A stretch of 39,250 nt of DNA from positions 1 to 39,250 of the forward strand of contig JAITVV010000022.1 in the NCBI GenBank assembly GCA_031285625.1, given 5' to 3'. A program made the position numbers and the translations under genes. Below, piece after piece: positions 28,756 through 38,966 of the stretch (positions are counted from its first letter, which is position 1; each line of letters starts with the position of its first letter). The DNA comes from Prevotella sp. (GTDB lineage: Bacteria; Bacteroidota; Bacteroidia; Bacteroidales; Dysgonomonadaceae). Under the pieces are notes generated by a model. It was given only the letters and a program-made list of their open reading frames with translations, ran no database searches and was not told where the DNA came from.

Positions 28756-28767
28756 ATAATGTTTTCC

Positions 28768-29682
28768 TTATAGGAATATTTTTATTCGTTTGTTTATATA
28801 TATGATAAGAACAGATAAGAAGATGGACAAAAGCAGAACAATTGCAAAACGAATAATCATATATGGCATTTCAATATCAGCTAGCATAATTATAACGAAG
28901 TAATGTATGAAATATATAGCGGATGCTAATGAACCCAGATAGGTTAAATATGTATTATTCTTTTTATAATGAGAATGTTTGAATACGAATAAAAGAACTG
29001 CTGGACAAAAAATGATCTGAGAAAAATAAAGGTCATGGTAAAAGCCTGTTAGTCTGGCAAAAGATGATTCTACACATAATGCTATAAAGCTTAATACGAC
29101 AAGTGGTGTCAAATATATATTTTTCACTTTATTCACTAAGTTTTTGGCATGAATGTAATATCCCAAAAACACAAATGGAAAGCCGATAAAAAATCCGTTG
29201 CGAACAACAAAAAGATACTCTCCCCGAAAGGGTTCCAAAAATATGCCTACCAACAGAATTACTATTGAAAGAATAAGTAAGACATTATCTTTCTTTACTA
29301 TTTTTTTTACTAAAAAGAATAGAATACTGCCACTAATAAGAGCTGCTACATACCATAAATGAAGAATACCAAAAGCACAATATTCCAATAAGGTAATAAG
29401 ATTAATTTCTTTGATATAAAGGGATATATAGATAGTAGACCAAACTGCATATATCAGAAGCAGATGTAAAATATACTTTTTCATCGCCTTATTATCATCT
29501 ATTTTCTTAACAAGATAATACCCGTTAATAATGAAAAAACAAGGTACAGTTATACGACCTAGTCCTTGAGATATAAGCCAATTAAGGTGTGGATATGATG
29601 CTGTTAATGGCCCGATATGTACAGTGATTACAAATATACTGAGTAAAACCTTAAAATAGTCAAGCGTTATGTTTCTTTCCAT
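28768..29682 (-). CDS. Acyltransferase family 3 membrane protein (copy 1)
   Basis: RNITLDYFK..H, RITVPCFF..NG, HLWY and SAIYFIH; paralog of 27652-28566. Confidence 0.85.
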   Translation of the reverse strand: MERNITLDYFKVLLSIFVITVHIGPLTASYPHLNWLISQGLGRITVPCFFIINGYYLVKKIDDNKAMKKYILHLLLIYAVWSTIYISLYIKEINLITLLEYCAFGILHLWYVAALISGSILFFLVKKIVKKDNVLLILSIVILLVGIFLEPFRGEYLFVVRNGFFIGFPFVFLGYYIHAKNLVNKVKNIYLTPLVVLSFIALCVESSFARLTGFYHDLYFSQIIFCPAVLLFVFKHSHYKKNNTYLTYLGSLASAIYFIHYFVIIMLADIEMPYMIIRFAIVLLLSIFLSVLIIYINKRIKIFL

Positions 29683-29700
29683 TCCTTATATATCAGTCCT

Positions 29701-30954
29701 CTAAGTTCTGACTTGCCCTTCCCCCTCAATTATCCACTTATAAGTGCATAGTTCCTCTAAAGCCATTGGTCCGCGGGCATGCATTTTTTGCGTACTTATG
29801 CCTATTTCTGCACCTAGCCCAAATTGAGCACCATCAGTAAAAGCTGTTGATACATTCGCATAGACACATGCAGCATCTACCAGCTTTTCGAATTTAATAA
29901 CGGCTTCTCTATCTTCACTAATAATAGCTTCACTGTGTTTAGAACTATATTGTGATATATGACTAATGGCCTCATCAATCCCGGAAACAGTTTTGACAGC
30001 CATTTTATAATCAAGAAACTCTGTACCAAAACTCGTTTCATCTGCTTTCTTTAACTGATCGTAAGGGTAGTAAGAAAACAGGGCTTCATAGGCGTGCTTA
30101 TCAGCATATATAATGACATCTTTTTTCTCTAAATCTTCACATAAATAGTGCAAGTCATCAAGTCTCTCCCTATCGATAATAAGGCAGTCTAATGAGTTGC
30201 ATACACTTACCTTCCTTGTCTTTGCATTAGTTATTATATCCCTTCCTTTTTTGATATCGCCTTCCCGGTGAAAGTATGTATGGCAGACGCCTGCTCCGGT
30301 TTCAATTACAGGAATACGGGAATTCTCCCGTACAAAATTTATAAGATCTTTTCCTCCACGTGGAATAATCAGATCTACATATTCTCGTGCATTCAGTAAT
30401 TCCTCCGTCGCATTTCTATCATTAGGTAACAAAGTGCATACGTTTGGATTCACTCCGTTCTCATCCAAAACATTACGTATAATATCTATAATTGCTTCGT
30501 TAGAAAAACGCGCATCGGAGCCCCCTTTCAGTATACAAGCATTGCCTGACTTCAGGCAAAGAGAAAATACGTCGAAACTAACATTCGGACGAGCTTCGTA
30601 TATAATGCCTATCACGCCAAATGATACTGTAATCTTGGATAAGTTTAAGCCGTTTGGCAGGGTCTTTTGCATCAATGATCTTCCTGTAGGTGATGGTAGT
30701 GATGCTACATTGCGGATATCTTTTACAATCTCCATTATCCGTTGCTCATTGAGCAACAAGCGGTCATATTTAGGGTTACTTGTATCCATCCGTTGCAGAT
30801 CTTTTTGGTTCTCTGCCAAGATGTAATACATTTTAGACTCTGTTTCTTTTGCAATAGCTTCCAGTATTGCATTTATCTCTTTTTCTTCCAATAGATTAAG
30901 ACTCTTACTAGCCTCCGATACTAACTGGAACGTGTTCTGGTGATAATCGTCCAT
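29701..30954 (-). CDS. proA: Gamma-glutamyl phosphate reductase
   Basis: [20 protein letters not shown] and [30 protein letters not shown]. Confidence 0.98.
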   Translation of the reverse strand: MDDYHQNTFQLVSEASKSLNLLEEKEINAILEAIAKETESKMYYILAENQKDLQRMDTSNPKYDRLLLNEQRIMEIVKDIRNVASLPSPTGRSLMQKTLPNGLNLSKITVSFGVIGIIYEARPNVSFDVFSLCLKSGNACILKGGSDARFSNEAIIDIIRNVLDENGVNPNVCTLLPNDRNATEELLNAREYVDLIIPRGGKDLINFVRENSRIPVIETGAGVCHTYFHREGDIKKGRDIITNAKTRKVSVCNSLDCLIIDRERLDDLHYLCEDLEKKDVIIYADKHAYEALFSYYPYDQLKKADETSFGTEFLDYKMAVKTVSGIDEAISHISQYSSKHSEAIISEDREAVIKFEKLVDAACVYANVSTAFTDGAQFGLGAEIGISTQKMHARGPMALEELCTYKWIIEGEGQVRT

Positions 30955-30956
30955 TT

Positions 30957-32033
30957 TTATTTTTCAATATATAAATAGTCGTAATGAATAATTGCTTTTT
31001 TATTGCTTTTTCCAATTATTTCTTTTGCTTTTTCGCTACTATATGCAGTTCGGCCTATTCCAATTTGTTTACCTGTATCATCAATGATACGTACAACATC
31101 ATCTGATTCAAAATTACCAATAATCTTGGTAACTCCAATAGGCAAAACACTTACAGCCTTATCTCCTAACAGGGCATCCTTAGCTCCTTTATTGATATGC
31201 ACCTCACCTTTAGTGAATCCATCAGAGTGTGCTATCCATTTTTTTACACTCGTAGTCCCTTTACCAGATGGAGTAAAGCGGGTAGATATAACATCTTTCC
31301 CTTTTATCAGATCAACAAGTATATTATCTCTGCGTCCATTGGCTATAATAACTTCAATACCCTCTTCTGCTGCTTTGCGGGCAATATTGTATTTAGTAGT
31401 CATCCCTCCTCGCCCTGTCGACGATTTAGAAGACTGGATGCAACTTTCAATATTATCTTTCTTTATATCTATCTGCCTGAATATATTAGATTCAGGATTA
31501 GATGGATCACCACTGTATATGCCATCTATATTGCTTAATATAATAAGTTTTTTACAACCCATCATAGCTGCCACCAAACCCGACATCTCATCATTGTCGG
31601 TAAACATTAACCCTGTCACCGAAATGGCATCATTCTCATTTACAATCGGAATAACTTTATTGTCGAGCATAACAGTCATACAGTTACGCTGGTTCAGGTA
31701 ATGACGACGCGTGGAGAAATCTTCTTTTGTAGCCAGTATCTGACCGCAAATAATATTTTGTTGATGAAACAGGTCTGAATAGCGGTTTATAAGCTTCACC
31801 TGTCCGATGGAAGAATATAACTGCCGGGCAGATATTGTATCTAATTTAGCTTTCACCTTAATCTCGGATTTTCCGGATGCAACTGCGCCTGACGATACAA
31901 GAATTACTTCTACATTATTTTTATGTAATTCAGCTATTTGATCTACCAATGCCGACATACGTGTGACATCAAGAGTACCGTCTTTACGCGCCAGAATTTG
32001 ACTTCCTATCTTTACAACAATGCGTTCTTTCAT
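30957..32033 (-). CDS. proB: Glutamate 5-kinase with PUA domain
   Basis: IVVKIGS, VSSGAV, PIVNEND, DNDEM and GRGGMTTK. Confidence 0.98.
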   Translation of the reverse strand: MKERIVVKIGSQILARKDGTLDVTRMSALVDQIAELHKNNVEVILVSSGAVASGKSEIKVKAKLDTISARQLYSSIGQVKLINRYSDLFHQQNIICGQILATKEDFSTRRHYLNQRNCMTVMLDNKVIPIVNENDAISVTGLMFTDNDEMSGLVAAMMGCKKLIILSNIDGIYSGDPSNPESNIFRQIDIKKDNIESCIQSSKSSTGRGGMTTKYNIARKAAEEGIEVIIANGRRDNILVDLIKGKDVISTRFTPSGKGTTSVKKWIAHSDGFTKGEVHINKGAKDALLGDKAVSVLPIGVTKIIGNFESDDVVRIIDDTGKQIGIGRTAYSSEKAKEIIGKSNKKAIIHYDYLYIEK

Positions 32034-32052
32034 TATAAAAAATCTGAAAAAG

Positions 32053-32060
32053 CAAAGTTA
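32053..32060 (-). promoter_or_regulatory. Sigma-70 -7 element (TAACTTTG) of the proB operon
   Basis: Exact TAnnTTTG about 20 bp upstream of proB. Confidence 0.65.
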
Positions 32061-32132
32061 TAATTTATTTTTAGTAAAATGATACTTAAAATTCTAAATG
32101 GGTATAAAAATGACAATTAAGAGGAGAGTTAA

Positions 32133-32756
32133 TTATATAAAATCACAGGGATAAGCTATTTCGGTCAGGTCTTCTTCCAGTTGACCCCAATCTTCTAATT
32201 CATCCACAATAGATAAAACCATTTCTTTAGTTAGTGTTTTTCCATTATACAGGTCTTGCACTGTTTGAACAGAGATTCCGTCTTCTCTGCATGAATCTTC
32301 AAAATATTCTTCAGCCCAGCCAATATACGTCTGAGGATTATTATCAAATATATGGAGTAACTCACCCTTACCATCAGCCATATTTGTTGGGTTGTATTGC
32401 CAATCGCCGGAAACATTTGTCCATATGCAAAAATTAGTTCCTCTTGTATTTACAGGTTCCCCAAAGATAAAATCATTAAAGATGTCAGGCAGTCCTTTTG
32501 TCAGTAAGCTTTTATCAGCAGCCTTATACTCACTATGTACACCATTTATAGCACATCCCCCATTCTTGAACAATACTAATAAGTACTCACCTTGGCCATT
32601 TCGCATTTCAAAGAATTCCTCACCCTCATCCCAAACCGAATTATAGGAATAGTAACGATATTCCCAATCCTGACAGATAATAGCATCAAGTACTGAGATA
32701 GCTTTGCATATTCTTTGGAATGTTATTGCATCAGGTAGTTTTTTGTAATTTTCCAT
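32133..32756 (-). CDS. Hypothetical acidic protein
   Basis: 207-aa ORF with LDAII..DWEYRYYSY and MRNGQG; function not recognised. Confidence 0.8.
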   Translation of the reverse strand: MENYKKLPDAITFQRICKAISVLDAIICQDWEYRYYSYNSVWDEGEEFFEMRNGQGEYLLVLFKNGGCAINGVHSEYKAADKSLLTKGLPDIFNDFIFGEPVNTRGTNFCIWTNVSGDWQYNPTNMADGKGELLHIFDNNPQTYIGWAEEYFEDSCREDGISVQTVQDLYNGKTLTKEMVLSIVDELEDWGQLEEDLTEIAYPCDFI

Positions 32757-32801
32757 TTATATCAAGGTTTTAGATACGACTTTCTTTTGAAGGATAATCC
32801 T

Positions 32802-33323
32802 TTATTGAATCAGACCTTCAGGTAAATCCAAATATAATATTTTTTTCTTAGCATTTATTTTTTCAATAAAGTCTTCGGTCGCAGGGATAATAATCTCTTT
32901 ATCCCCATCTTTTATCAGGAAAAGTGTGTTAAGTGTTTTGTCGTCAATTGCCTCTATGATTCCCAGTTTACCGGCAATTTTATCAGTTACAGAAAATCCG
33001 ATAAAGAAATTCCATGAATATTCGATATCCTCTTCCGTTTCCTGCTCATAGTATTTACGCAGAAAATATACTTCCAGACCTGACATCCGCTGAGCCTTTG
33101 TTTCTGTATCAATATCTTCAAAAGTAATAAGTGCCGTTTCACTCCCTTTAAACCGGTATTCTTCAATAAAGAAAGGAACAAATATTCCATCGATGCGGCA
33201 TATCAGATAAGGACAATCAACACGGTCAAATACATCATTATCAAAAGCAAAACTTACCTCGCCTTTAATTCCATGAGGCTTGATAAGTTTACCTATTTTA
33301 AACACTTCGCTATCTTTTATCAT
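32802..33323 (-). CDS. rimM: Ribosome maturation factor RimM
   Basis: IGKLIKPHGIKGEV, IIIPA and LDLPEGL. Confidence 0.96.
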   Translation of the reverse strand: MIKDSEVFKIGKLIKPHGIKGEVSFAFDNDVFDRVDCPYLICRIDGIFVPFFIEEYRFKGSETALITFEDIDTETKAQRMSGLEVYFLRKYYEQETEEDIEYSWNFFIGFSVTDKIAGKLGIIEAIDDKTLNTLFLIKDGDKEIIIPATEDFIEKINAKKKILYLDLPEGLIQ

Positions 33324-33338
33324 AGCTGAACTTATAAT

Positions 33339-33941
33339 TTATTTCTTCTTTTGATTCTTCTTACCGCCATTATTATTGTTATTGTTACGTTGTCCCAGAT
33401 CTTTCATTTCCGGCAGTTTTATATCAGAGTTACGAATATCAATCTTACGGTCCGACAAATCGTAAAGGTCAATAAATATTTTTTGATCGTCTACGTCTTT
33501 ATTCCACTGGATATATGACTTTTTCATATGTGTGGCAACCAATAATATAAATTGTTCCTTTTCATTTGGATCGTCTATTTCTGCTGCCATCTTAGCCATC
33601 TTTTCCAATGTTTTCCCATAGTGACGATATTCCATATCGGGACGGCTATATTCTATCTTACCCGGCTTTGAATTCAAATCTTCTTTTTTTACAATTTCAT
33701 ATGGATAGTCTATATCCAACTTGAAGTCCGACATTATAGCCAGATGATCCCAAAGTATATGCTTGAAATCATTCACATCACGAAGATGAGGAAACATATT
33801 CCCCATTATATTTATTATAGTGTCTGCACAACGTTTACGTTCTGTACGGTCAGGTATTGCAATACAATAATCAACCATATTTTGAATATTCCTGCCATAT
33901 TCGGGCAGAGCCAGTTTCTTTAATTGGGTATTATACTCCAT
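33339..33941 (-). CDS. DUF4290 domain-containing protein
   Basis: MEYNTQLKKLALPEYGRNIQNMV and HILWDHLAIMSDFKLDIDYPY; TATCTTTG promoter at 34038-34045 (-). Confidence 0.9.
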   Translation of the reverse strand: MEYNTQLKKLALPEYGRNIQNMVDYCIAIPDRTERKRCADTIINIMGNMFPHLRDVNDFKHILWDHLAIMSDFKLDIDYPYEIVKKEDLNSKPGKIEYSRPDMEYRHYGKTLEKMAKMAAEIDDPNEKEQFILLVATHMKKSYIQWNKDVDDQKIFIDLYDLSDRKIDIRNSDIKLPEMKDLGQRNNNNNNGGKKNQKKK

Positions 33942-34105
33942 ATTCTAAATTCAAGTTACGATTTTTTTTTACAGATAAAGGGTTAGCCAAATGTAGTTGC
34001 CTGTTAATCTAATTTTGATATTTTGCTAACGAGACAGCAAAGATAGTATTTTAGTTGATTTATTCCTATTAATATTTTCTAATTTTCAGATCGACAGAGG
34101 ATAAG

Positions 34106-34140
34106 AAAAAAAAAATTCCACCAATAGAATTGATGGAATT
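34106..34140 (-). terminator. Intrinsic terminator of the S41 peptidase gene
   Basis: Minus-strand AATTCCATCAAT-tct-ATTGGTGGAATT followed by a long T run. Confidence 0.8.
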
Positions 34141-34160
34141 AATATAATAATATGATTTTA

Positions 34161-35897
34161 CTAGTTTTGAGCTATATTTTCTTCTTTCTTTTCTTTGGGC
34201 GCTGATAGTGTTTCTTTATATAAATTCTGATCAGCTAACACTTCTATTGCTTTTGTCAAATCCCGGTCATTACGCAATTCATAGCGTTTTACCCCTTTCT
34301 GATAATAATAGCGTTTCATAATTTCCTTGCTAATCTGGCTCATAATTTCCTCTTTGAATGTCTCAAGATCACGATCCAGATTGGGTACGAGTTTAGCTTC
34401 CAGAGCCTTGAACTCATCCCCTGCATATTTCATATAGCCTTCAAAATCCATAATTTCTTTCAGCGAAGCCATTGATTTTTCACTCATACGGTCATATTGG
34501 AAATCTTTTGATTTAACAAAAGCCTTAAAGCTTTCATAATCTTCATCAGATAAAACAAAGTTTTCCGGAGAATCGATTGATTTATGCTTTGTAGCCCAAT
34601 CGGTTACCCAATCGAAAACGATATACTGATTTTCGAGGTAGTATGTTATCGTCGGCGTTTTATTCTCTTCCAATGTAATATCAGGAGTGATTCCCCCGCC
34701 ATCTCTTACAGGGCGTCCTACTTCTGTATAAAACACTGTAGTTAAACTGTCTGGTATACGTCCCACACTTCCATCCGGATTGCGATGTGAATAGTCTATA
34801 GCTTGTACACATCTGCCACTAGGTATATAATATTTCGAAGATGTAACCTTCATCCCTCCGCCATAAGGCATTTCGCGGGTAACCTGTACCAGTCCTTTAC
34901 CAAAGGTACGTTCTCCAACCAGAACAGCCCTATCCATATCCTGTAATGAACCCGCCACAATCTCTGCTGCAGAAGCAGAACCTCTATTTGTTAATACCAC
35001 TATTGGTATTTGCGTATCTATTGGTTCTAGGGTAGTACGGTATGATCTGTCTGTTTGTTTCAGTTTTCCTTTTGTGGACAAGACCACTTTATTCTTAGGA
35101 ACAAACATATTTACAATCTGTACAGCCTCTTCAAGTATCCCTCCACCATTCATCCGTACATCAAAAATTAGGGATGTTGCTCCTTGTTTCTTTAAGTCTA
35201 AAAATGCATTTTTTACATCCATTGCACTTTTATCTGTAAACGAATTGAAATTGATATAACCGGTTGTTGGATTTACCATACCATAATATGGAATTGGATC
35301 CATAACAACTTTTTCACGTACTACTTTTACAATAACCGGTTTCTTCTCTCCGGGACGCTCAACCTTAACTTCGATAGTTGTTCCGGGTTGTCCTTTCAGG
35401 TTACTACTTACATAACTACTTAGTGTACGACCATATACTTCTCCTGCGATAGAATCACATTTTGTCATATCCTTACCATCAATGGTAAGAATAATATCTC
35501 CGGCTTTCAATCCAGCTTTAGCGGCCGGTTTATCTCCATAAGGTTCGATAATGGTTACCCTTCCGTCCTTAAAGGCAACAATAGCACCCACCCCGGCATA
35601 TTCACCTGTGATCTGGGTACTAAACTCTTTCATATCCTCATCATTGTAGTATTCTGTATAAGGATCAAGGGTTTGAAGCATATCGTCGATGCCTGTACGT
35701 ATCGTTTTGTTTATATCTACGCTATCCACGTAGAACATATCCATCTCGCGTACTACAGCATTAAATATTTCTATATTTTTATTTATATCGAAATAACGTT
35801 GTTGTTGTTTATTTTTATCCGTATTATTTTGTGCCTGAACAGAGATAGTCCCCAATAGTACTGGAAGAGCTAAAAGTACGATTAACCGATTTCTCAT
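34161..35897 (-). CDS. S41 family C-terminal processing peptidase with PDZ domain
   Basis: LDPYT, PAAKAGLKAGD, DVRMNGGG, SASAAEIVAG and TFGKGLVQ. Confidence 0.95.
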   Translation of the reverse strand: MRNRLIVLLALPVLLGTISVQAQNNTDKNKQQQRYFDINKNIEIFNAVVREMDMFYVDSVDINKTIRTGIDDMLQTLDPYTEYYNDEDMKEFSTQITGEYAGVGAIVAFKDGRVTIIEPYGDKPAAKAGLKAGDIILTIDGKDMTKCDSIAGEVYGRTLSSYVSSNLKGQPGTTIEVKVERPGEKKPVIVKVVREKVVMDPIPYYGMVNPTTGYINFNSFTDKSAMDVKNAFLDLKKQGATSLIFDVRMNGGGILEEAVQIVNMFVPKNKVVLSTKGKLKQTDRSYRTTLEPIDTQIPIVVLTNRGSASAAEIVAGSLQDMDRAVLVGERTFGKGLVQVTREMPYGGGMKVTSSKYYIPSGRCVQAIDYSHRNPDGSVGRIPDSLTTVFYTEVGRPVRDGGGITPDITLEENKTPTITYYLENQYIVFDWVTDWATKHKSIDSPENFVLSDEDYESFKAFVKSKDFQYDRMSEKSMASLKEIMDFEGYMKYAGDEFKALEAKLVPNLDRDLETFKEEIMSQISKEIMKRYYYQKGVKRYELRNDRDLTKAIEVLADQNLYKETLSAPKEKKEENIAQN

Positions 35898-36060
35898 TAA
35901 CTTCTGATTATAAAATACATTATCTTAATTTACGCAAAGGAAATACTTTTTTTAGAAATACATAAATTTAATCCCGTTATATATCTTTTATTTTTAACAA
36001 AAGATGTGAAATAAGGTTCATGTACTTCAGCTGAATAGCTATTCATCTTCAAACAAGAAT

Positions 36061-36105
36061 AAAAAGCGAACGGAGGCTACCAATAATGACAGCCTCCGTT
36101 TGTTT
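36061..36105 (-). terminator. Intrinsic terminator of the DUF1573 gene
   Basis: AACGGAGGCT/AGCCTCCGTT stem with a minus-strand T tract. Confidence 0.75.
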
Positions 36106-36121
36106 ATGCTATTACTGTAAA

Positions 36122-36517
36122 TTATTTTTTACGTATAACTTCACCTTTAATACGTACCTTATATACTGCGTCAGGAACGTTTGTGAAAACAGTAACTTCT
36201 TTACTGAATATTCCTGGACGTCCTACTGTTGAATAAGTAACTTTGATAGTTCCCGATTTACCAGGAAGTACTGGTTCTTTTGTATAATCAGGTGTTGTAC
36301 ATCCACAAGTTGTTTGCACACGTTGGATAATCAGTGGAGCAGTACCTTCATTCTTGAACGTAAATTCACATGTAACTGAATTTGCACTTTCCTCAACTTT
36401 TCCAAAATCGTGTACATCTTTTGTAAATACGGCTTTAGGCGCTTTTCCTCCGTCTTGAGCCATTATGAAACTGGTAGAAAGTACCAGTGCCATAAGTATA
36501 AAACCAATTTTTTTCAT
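36122..36517 (-). CDS. DUF1573 domain-containing secreted protein
   Basis: HDFGKV, FKNEGTAPLII, TCGCT and PVLPG; TAACTTTG promoter at 36587-36594 (-). Confidence 0.9.
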   Translation of the reverse strand: MKKIGFILMALVLSTSFIMAQDGGKAPKAVFTKDVHDFGKVEESANSVTCEFTFKNEGTAPLIIQRVQTTCGCTTPDYTKEPVLPGKSGTIKVTYSTVGRPGIFSKEVTVFTNVPDAVYKVRIKGEVIRKK

Positions 36518-36660
36518 ATGCCTAATTCTAATTGTTTTACTAAATTAAATTAATGTAGTTCAACTTTTGTGATAATTATTACGGGACAAAGTTAGTAATA
36601 AATATGGAGTACTTATAAAAAAATAAGATTATTTAGTACTCAGGGCCATTATCATTCGCT

Positions 36661-36702
36661 CAAAAACGAGAAGGACCCGGTTGCAAAAAACTGGGTCCCT
36701 TC
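36661..36702 (-). terminator. Probable terminator after the DUF1080 gene
   Basis: GGACCC/GGGTCC-cored imperfect stem about 10 bp after the stop. Confidence 0.55.
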
Positions 36703-36711
36703 ACAAATTAA

Positions 36712-37437
36712 TTATTTCAATTCTTTGATTTTTATATTCTTAAACCAGACTTCATCACCATGATCCTGCAACAAGATATTACCTTCTATCGCATTACCAA
36801 AGTTTGGCCAATCTGCGTATTTACTGTATGCAACCAAAGCATTCCACATCTGATTGTTTCGCTCATATTCGATAATCAATACACCATTCAGCCAATGCTC
36901 TACTTTATTATCTTTAACAATTACCATTGCTGTATTAAAATCATTCTTTACAAATGGTTTATCTATTGGAGCCGGAATCAGATCATAAAGAGAACCTAGT
37001 GTTCTGTTGCCTTTTACACCTAATTTAGCATCCGGATGCTTATCATCATCGAGAATCTGGAATTCACATCCAATAGCGGAACCTTCACCCTTATTAAGAT
37101 CGGGATTTACGAAATATTTAATACCACTATTTGCACCTTCTGTTATCTTAAAATCAGCTTTCAGTATAAAGTTTTTATATTTGCGGGTAGTGACGATATC
37201 CCCACCATTTGTGGATTCCCCTCCCCCACTTTTCATAACCTTCAGTATTCCTTTTTCAATAACCCAGCCTTTTGCCGGGAAAGCATCCAGCTTGGCACCT
37301 CTCCATCCGGCCGTAGTTTTACCATCCCATAAGAGTTTCCAACCCTCTCTTACTTCCTGTTCGGTCAGAATATTTTCCTGAGCTGATAAGTTTACAGCAA
37401 AGAGGCAAACAATAATAGATAATATATATTTCTTCAT
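36712..37437 (-). CDS. DUF1080 / 3-keto-disaccharide hydrolase family protein, secreted
   Basis: [29 protein letters not shown] and [15 protein letters not shown]. Confidence 0.92.
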   Translation of the reverse strand: MKKYILSIIVCLFAVNLSAQENILTEQEVREGWKLLWDGKTTAGWRGAKLDAFPAKGWVIEKGILKVMKSGGGESTNGGDIVTTRKYKNFILKADFKITEGANSGIKYFVNPDLNKGEGSAIGCEFQILDDDKHPDAKLGVKGNRTLGSLYDLIPAPIDKPFVKNDFNTAMVIVKDNKVEHWLNGVLIIEYERNNQMWNALVAYSKYADWPNFGNAIEGNILLQDHGDEVWFKNIKIKELK

Positions 37438-37451
37438 ATTTTTAGAGTAAA

Positions 37452-38870
37452 TTATATTTTATAGTAATCTTCCCATCCTTTGCGAGGAGGTATTCCGGTC
37501 AGCATAGCATTCGCAAATTTATTATTAGTAATTTGTTTGGTTCTGCTATCAAAATAAAATTTGGTATTTAACCGTTGAGCCATTACCCCTAATGAGAATA
37601 CCTGACTTAGAGGTCCGTGTATCTCGAATGGAGAACGGGTTTTCTCTACTCCCGTACAAGCTAAAAGGAAGTTTTCAAAGTGGTTGGACGGGCTTTTAGG
37701 TACTTCAGGCAGTTTTGACGCCATTTCGCGTGCTTTACTTTCAGGAATAATAGAAAGTGTACTACCATGCGAGGCCCCTTTGAAGGTCAATTCTTTACTA
37801 TATATAATCTTTCCCGGATTTAATGTTGTTTTCTTTATTTCTCCGGCTCCCGAAGCCGGAATATTTGGATCTAAAGCCGATTCTCCATATCCGTCAGGTA
37901 TTGGAGGAAGGTTATTCACTCCATCATACCATGTTACGTCGCAAGGAGGCATTTCTCCTCTTGGTCCGAATTTAAATAAAATTGTAGAATCCGTAGGGAA
38001 GAAATAATCATTATGACCGGTCAACTTCACGGCATCAATTTCGTAAGGTAACCCTAAGTCTAAAAACTCATGCACGGTATCCAATATATGAGCGCCCCAG
38101 TCTCCTAAAGCCCCCATACCGAAATCGTACCATGAACGCCATTCTCCATAATGGTATTTTTCATTATATTCATGGTAGGGAACAGCACAGTTCCAAGTCA
38201 TCCAGTCCAATGTACTTGGTATAGGTTGAGCTTCAGGCAATTTATAAATATTAGTATCCCATCCATGCCATCTGCGAGGATTGTTCATATGGGCCGTAAC
38301 AGCTGTTACATCTTTTATGATTCCTGCCTCTTGCCAAGCTTTAAATTGGAAGTAATTGGCTTCTGAATGTCCCTGGTTACCTACCTGTGTTACTACATTC
38401 GGGTATTTCTTGGCTGCTTTCATCATTAGTTCAGCCTCATAGAAAGTACGGGCCATGGGTTTTTCCACATATACATGTTTGCCATTTGCCATAGCCAACA
38501 TACATATAGGAAAATGCGAAAAGTCGGGAGTGGCAACTGCAACAGCCTCAAATTCATTCCCTATCTTGTCAAACATAACCCTAAAGTCTTTGAACTGCTT
38601 CGCTTTTGGATATTTAGCCATTACATTTTGTGTATGTTTGGCTCCCATATCCACATCGCAAAGAGCAACAACATTCACCAAACCTGTTTTTTCAAAGTCA
38701 CCGATAATCTGTTCTCCTCTGTTTCCAATACCGATGTATGCAATATTAACTTTTCTGTTAGCCCCAACAACTCTGCTATAACTGGCAGCATTTAAAGGAT
38801 TTACAGTACCAACAGCCACTCCGGCAGAAGCCATAGCTGCAGTTTTCAAAAAATTTCTGCGTGTAACCAT
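37452..38870 (-). CDS. Tat-exported Gfo/Idh/MocA family oxidoreductase
   Basis: TRRNFLK twin-arginine signal, [22 protein letters not shown] and GALGDWGAH. Confidence 0.92.
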   Translation of the reverse strand: MVTRRNFLKTAAMASAGVAVGTVNPLNAASYSRVVGANRKVNIAYIGIGNRGEQIIGDFEKTGLVNVVALCDVDMGAKHTQNVMAKYPKAKQFKDFRVMFDKIGNEFEAVAVATPDFSHFPICMLAMANGKHVYVEKPMARTFYEAELMMKAAKKYPNVVTQVGNQGHSEANYFQFKAWQEAGIIKDVTAVTAHMNNPRRWHGWDTNIYKLPEAQPIPSTLDWMTWNCAVPYHEYNEKYHYGEWRSWYDFGMGALGDWGAHILDTVHEFLDLGLPYEIDAVKLTGHNDYFFPTDSTILFKFGPRGEMPPCDVTWYDGVNNLPPIPDGYGESALDPNIPASGAGEIKKTTLNPGKIIYSKELTFKGASHGSTLSIIPESKAREMASKLPEVPKSPSNHFENFLLACTGVEKTRSPFEIHGPLSQVFSLGVMAQRLNTKFYFDSRTKQITNNKFANAMLTGIPPRKGWEDYYKI

Positions 38871-38952
38871 AGATTTATATTGTTTTTAGATTGTATCAGA
38901 TATTGATTAGTTCATTTACAAAATAAATGATATATCCCTTAAAATCAAAACA

Positions 38953-38966
38953 TGTGTGCGAACACA
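38953..38966. promoter_or_regulatory. Candidate LacI-family operator TGTGTGCGAACACA
   Basis: 14-bp imperfect palindrome (12/14) with a central CG, about 80 bp upstream of the oxidoreductase start. Confidence 0.5.

Noticed and set aside
31003-31701. Long antisense ORF (232 aa) opposite proB, and similar shadow ORFs opposite sucC, sucD, the antiporter, aqpZ, proA, DUF1080 and the Gfo genes
   Set aside because: They are reverse-strand shadows of conserved genes with S/P/I/F-rich composition and no motifs.
33370-33387. Asn6 trinucleotide run at the DUF4290 C-terminus
   Set aside because: Mixed AAC/AAT codons in a low-complexity tail; in frame and not a plausible phase-variation tract.
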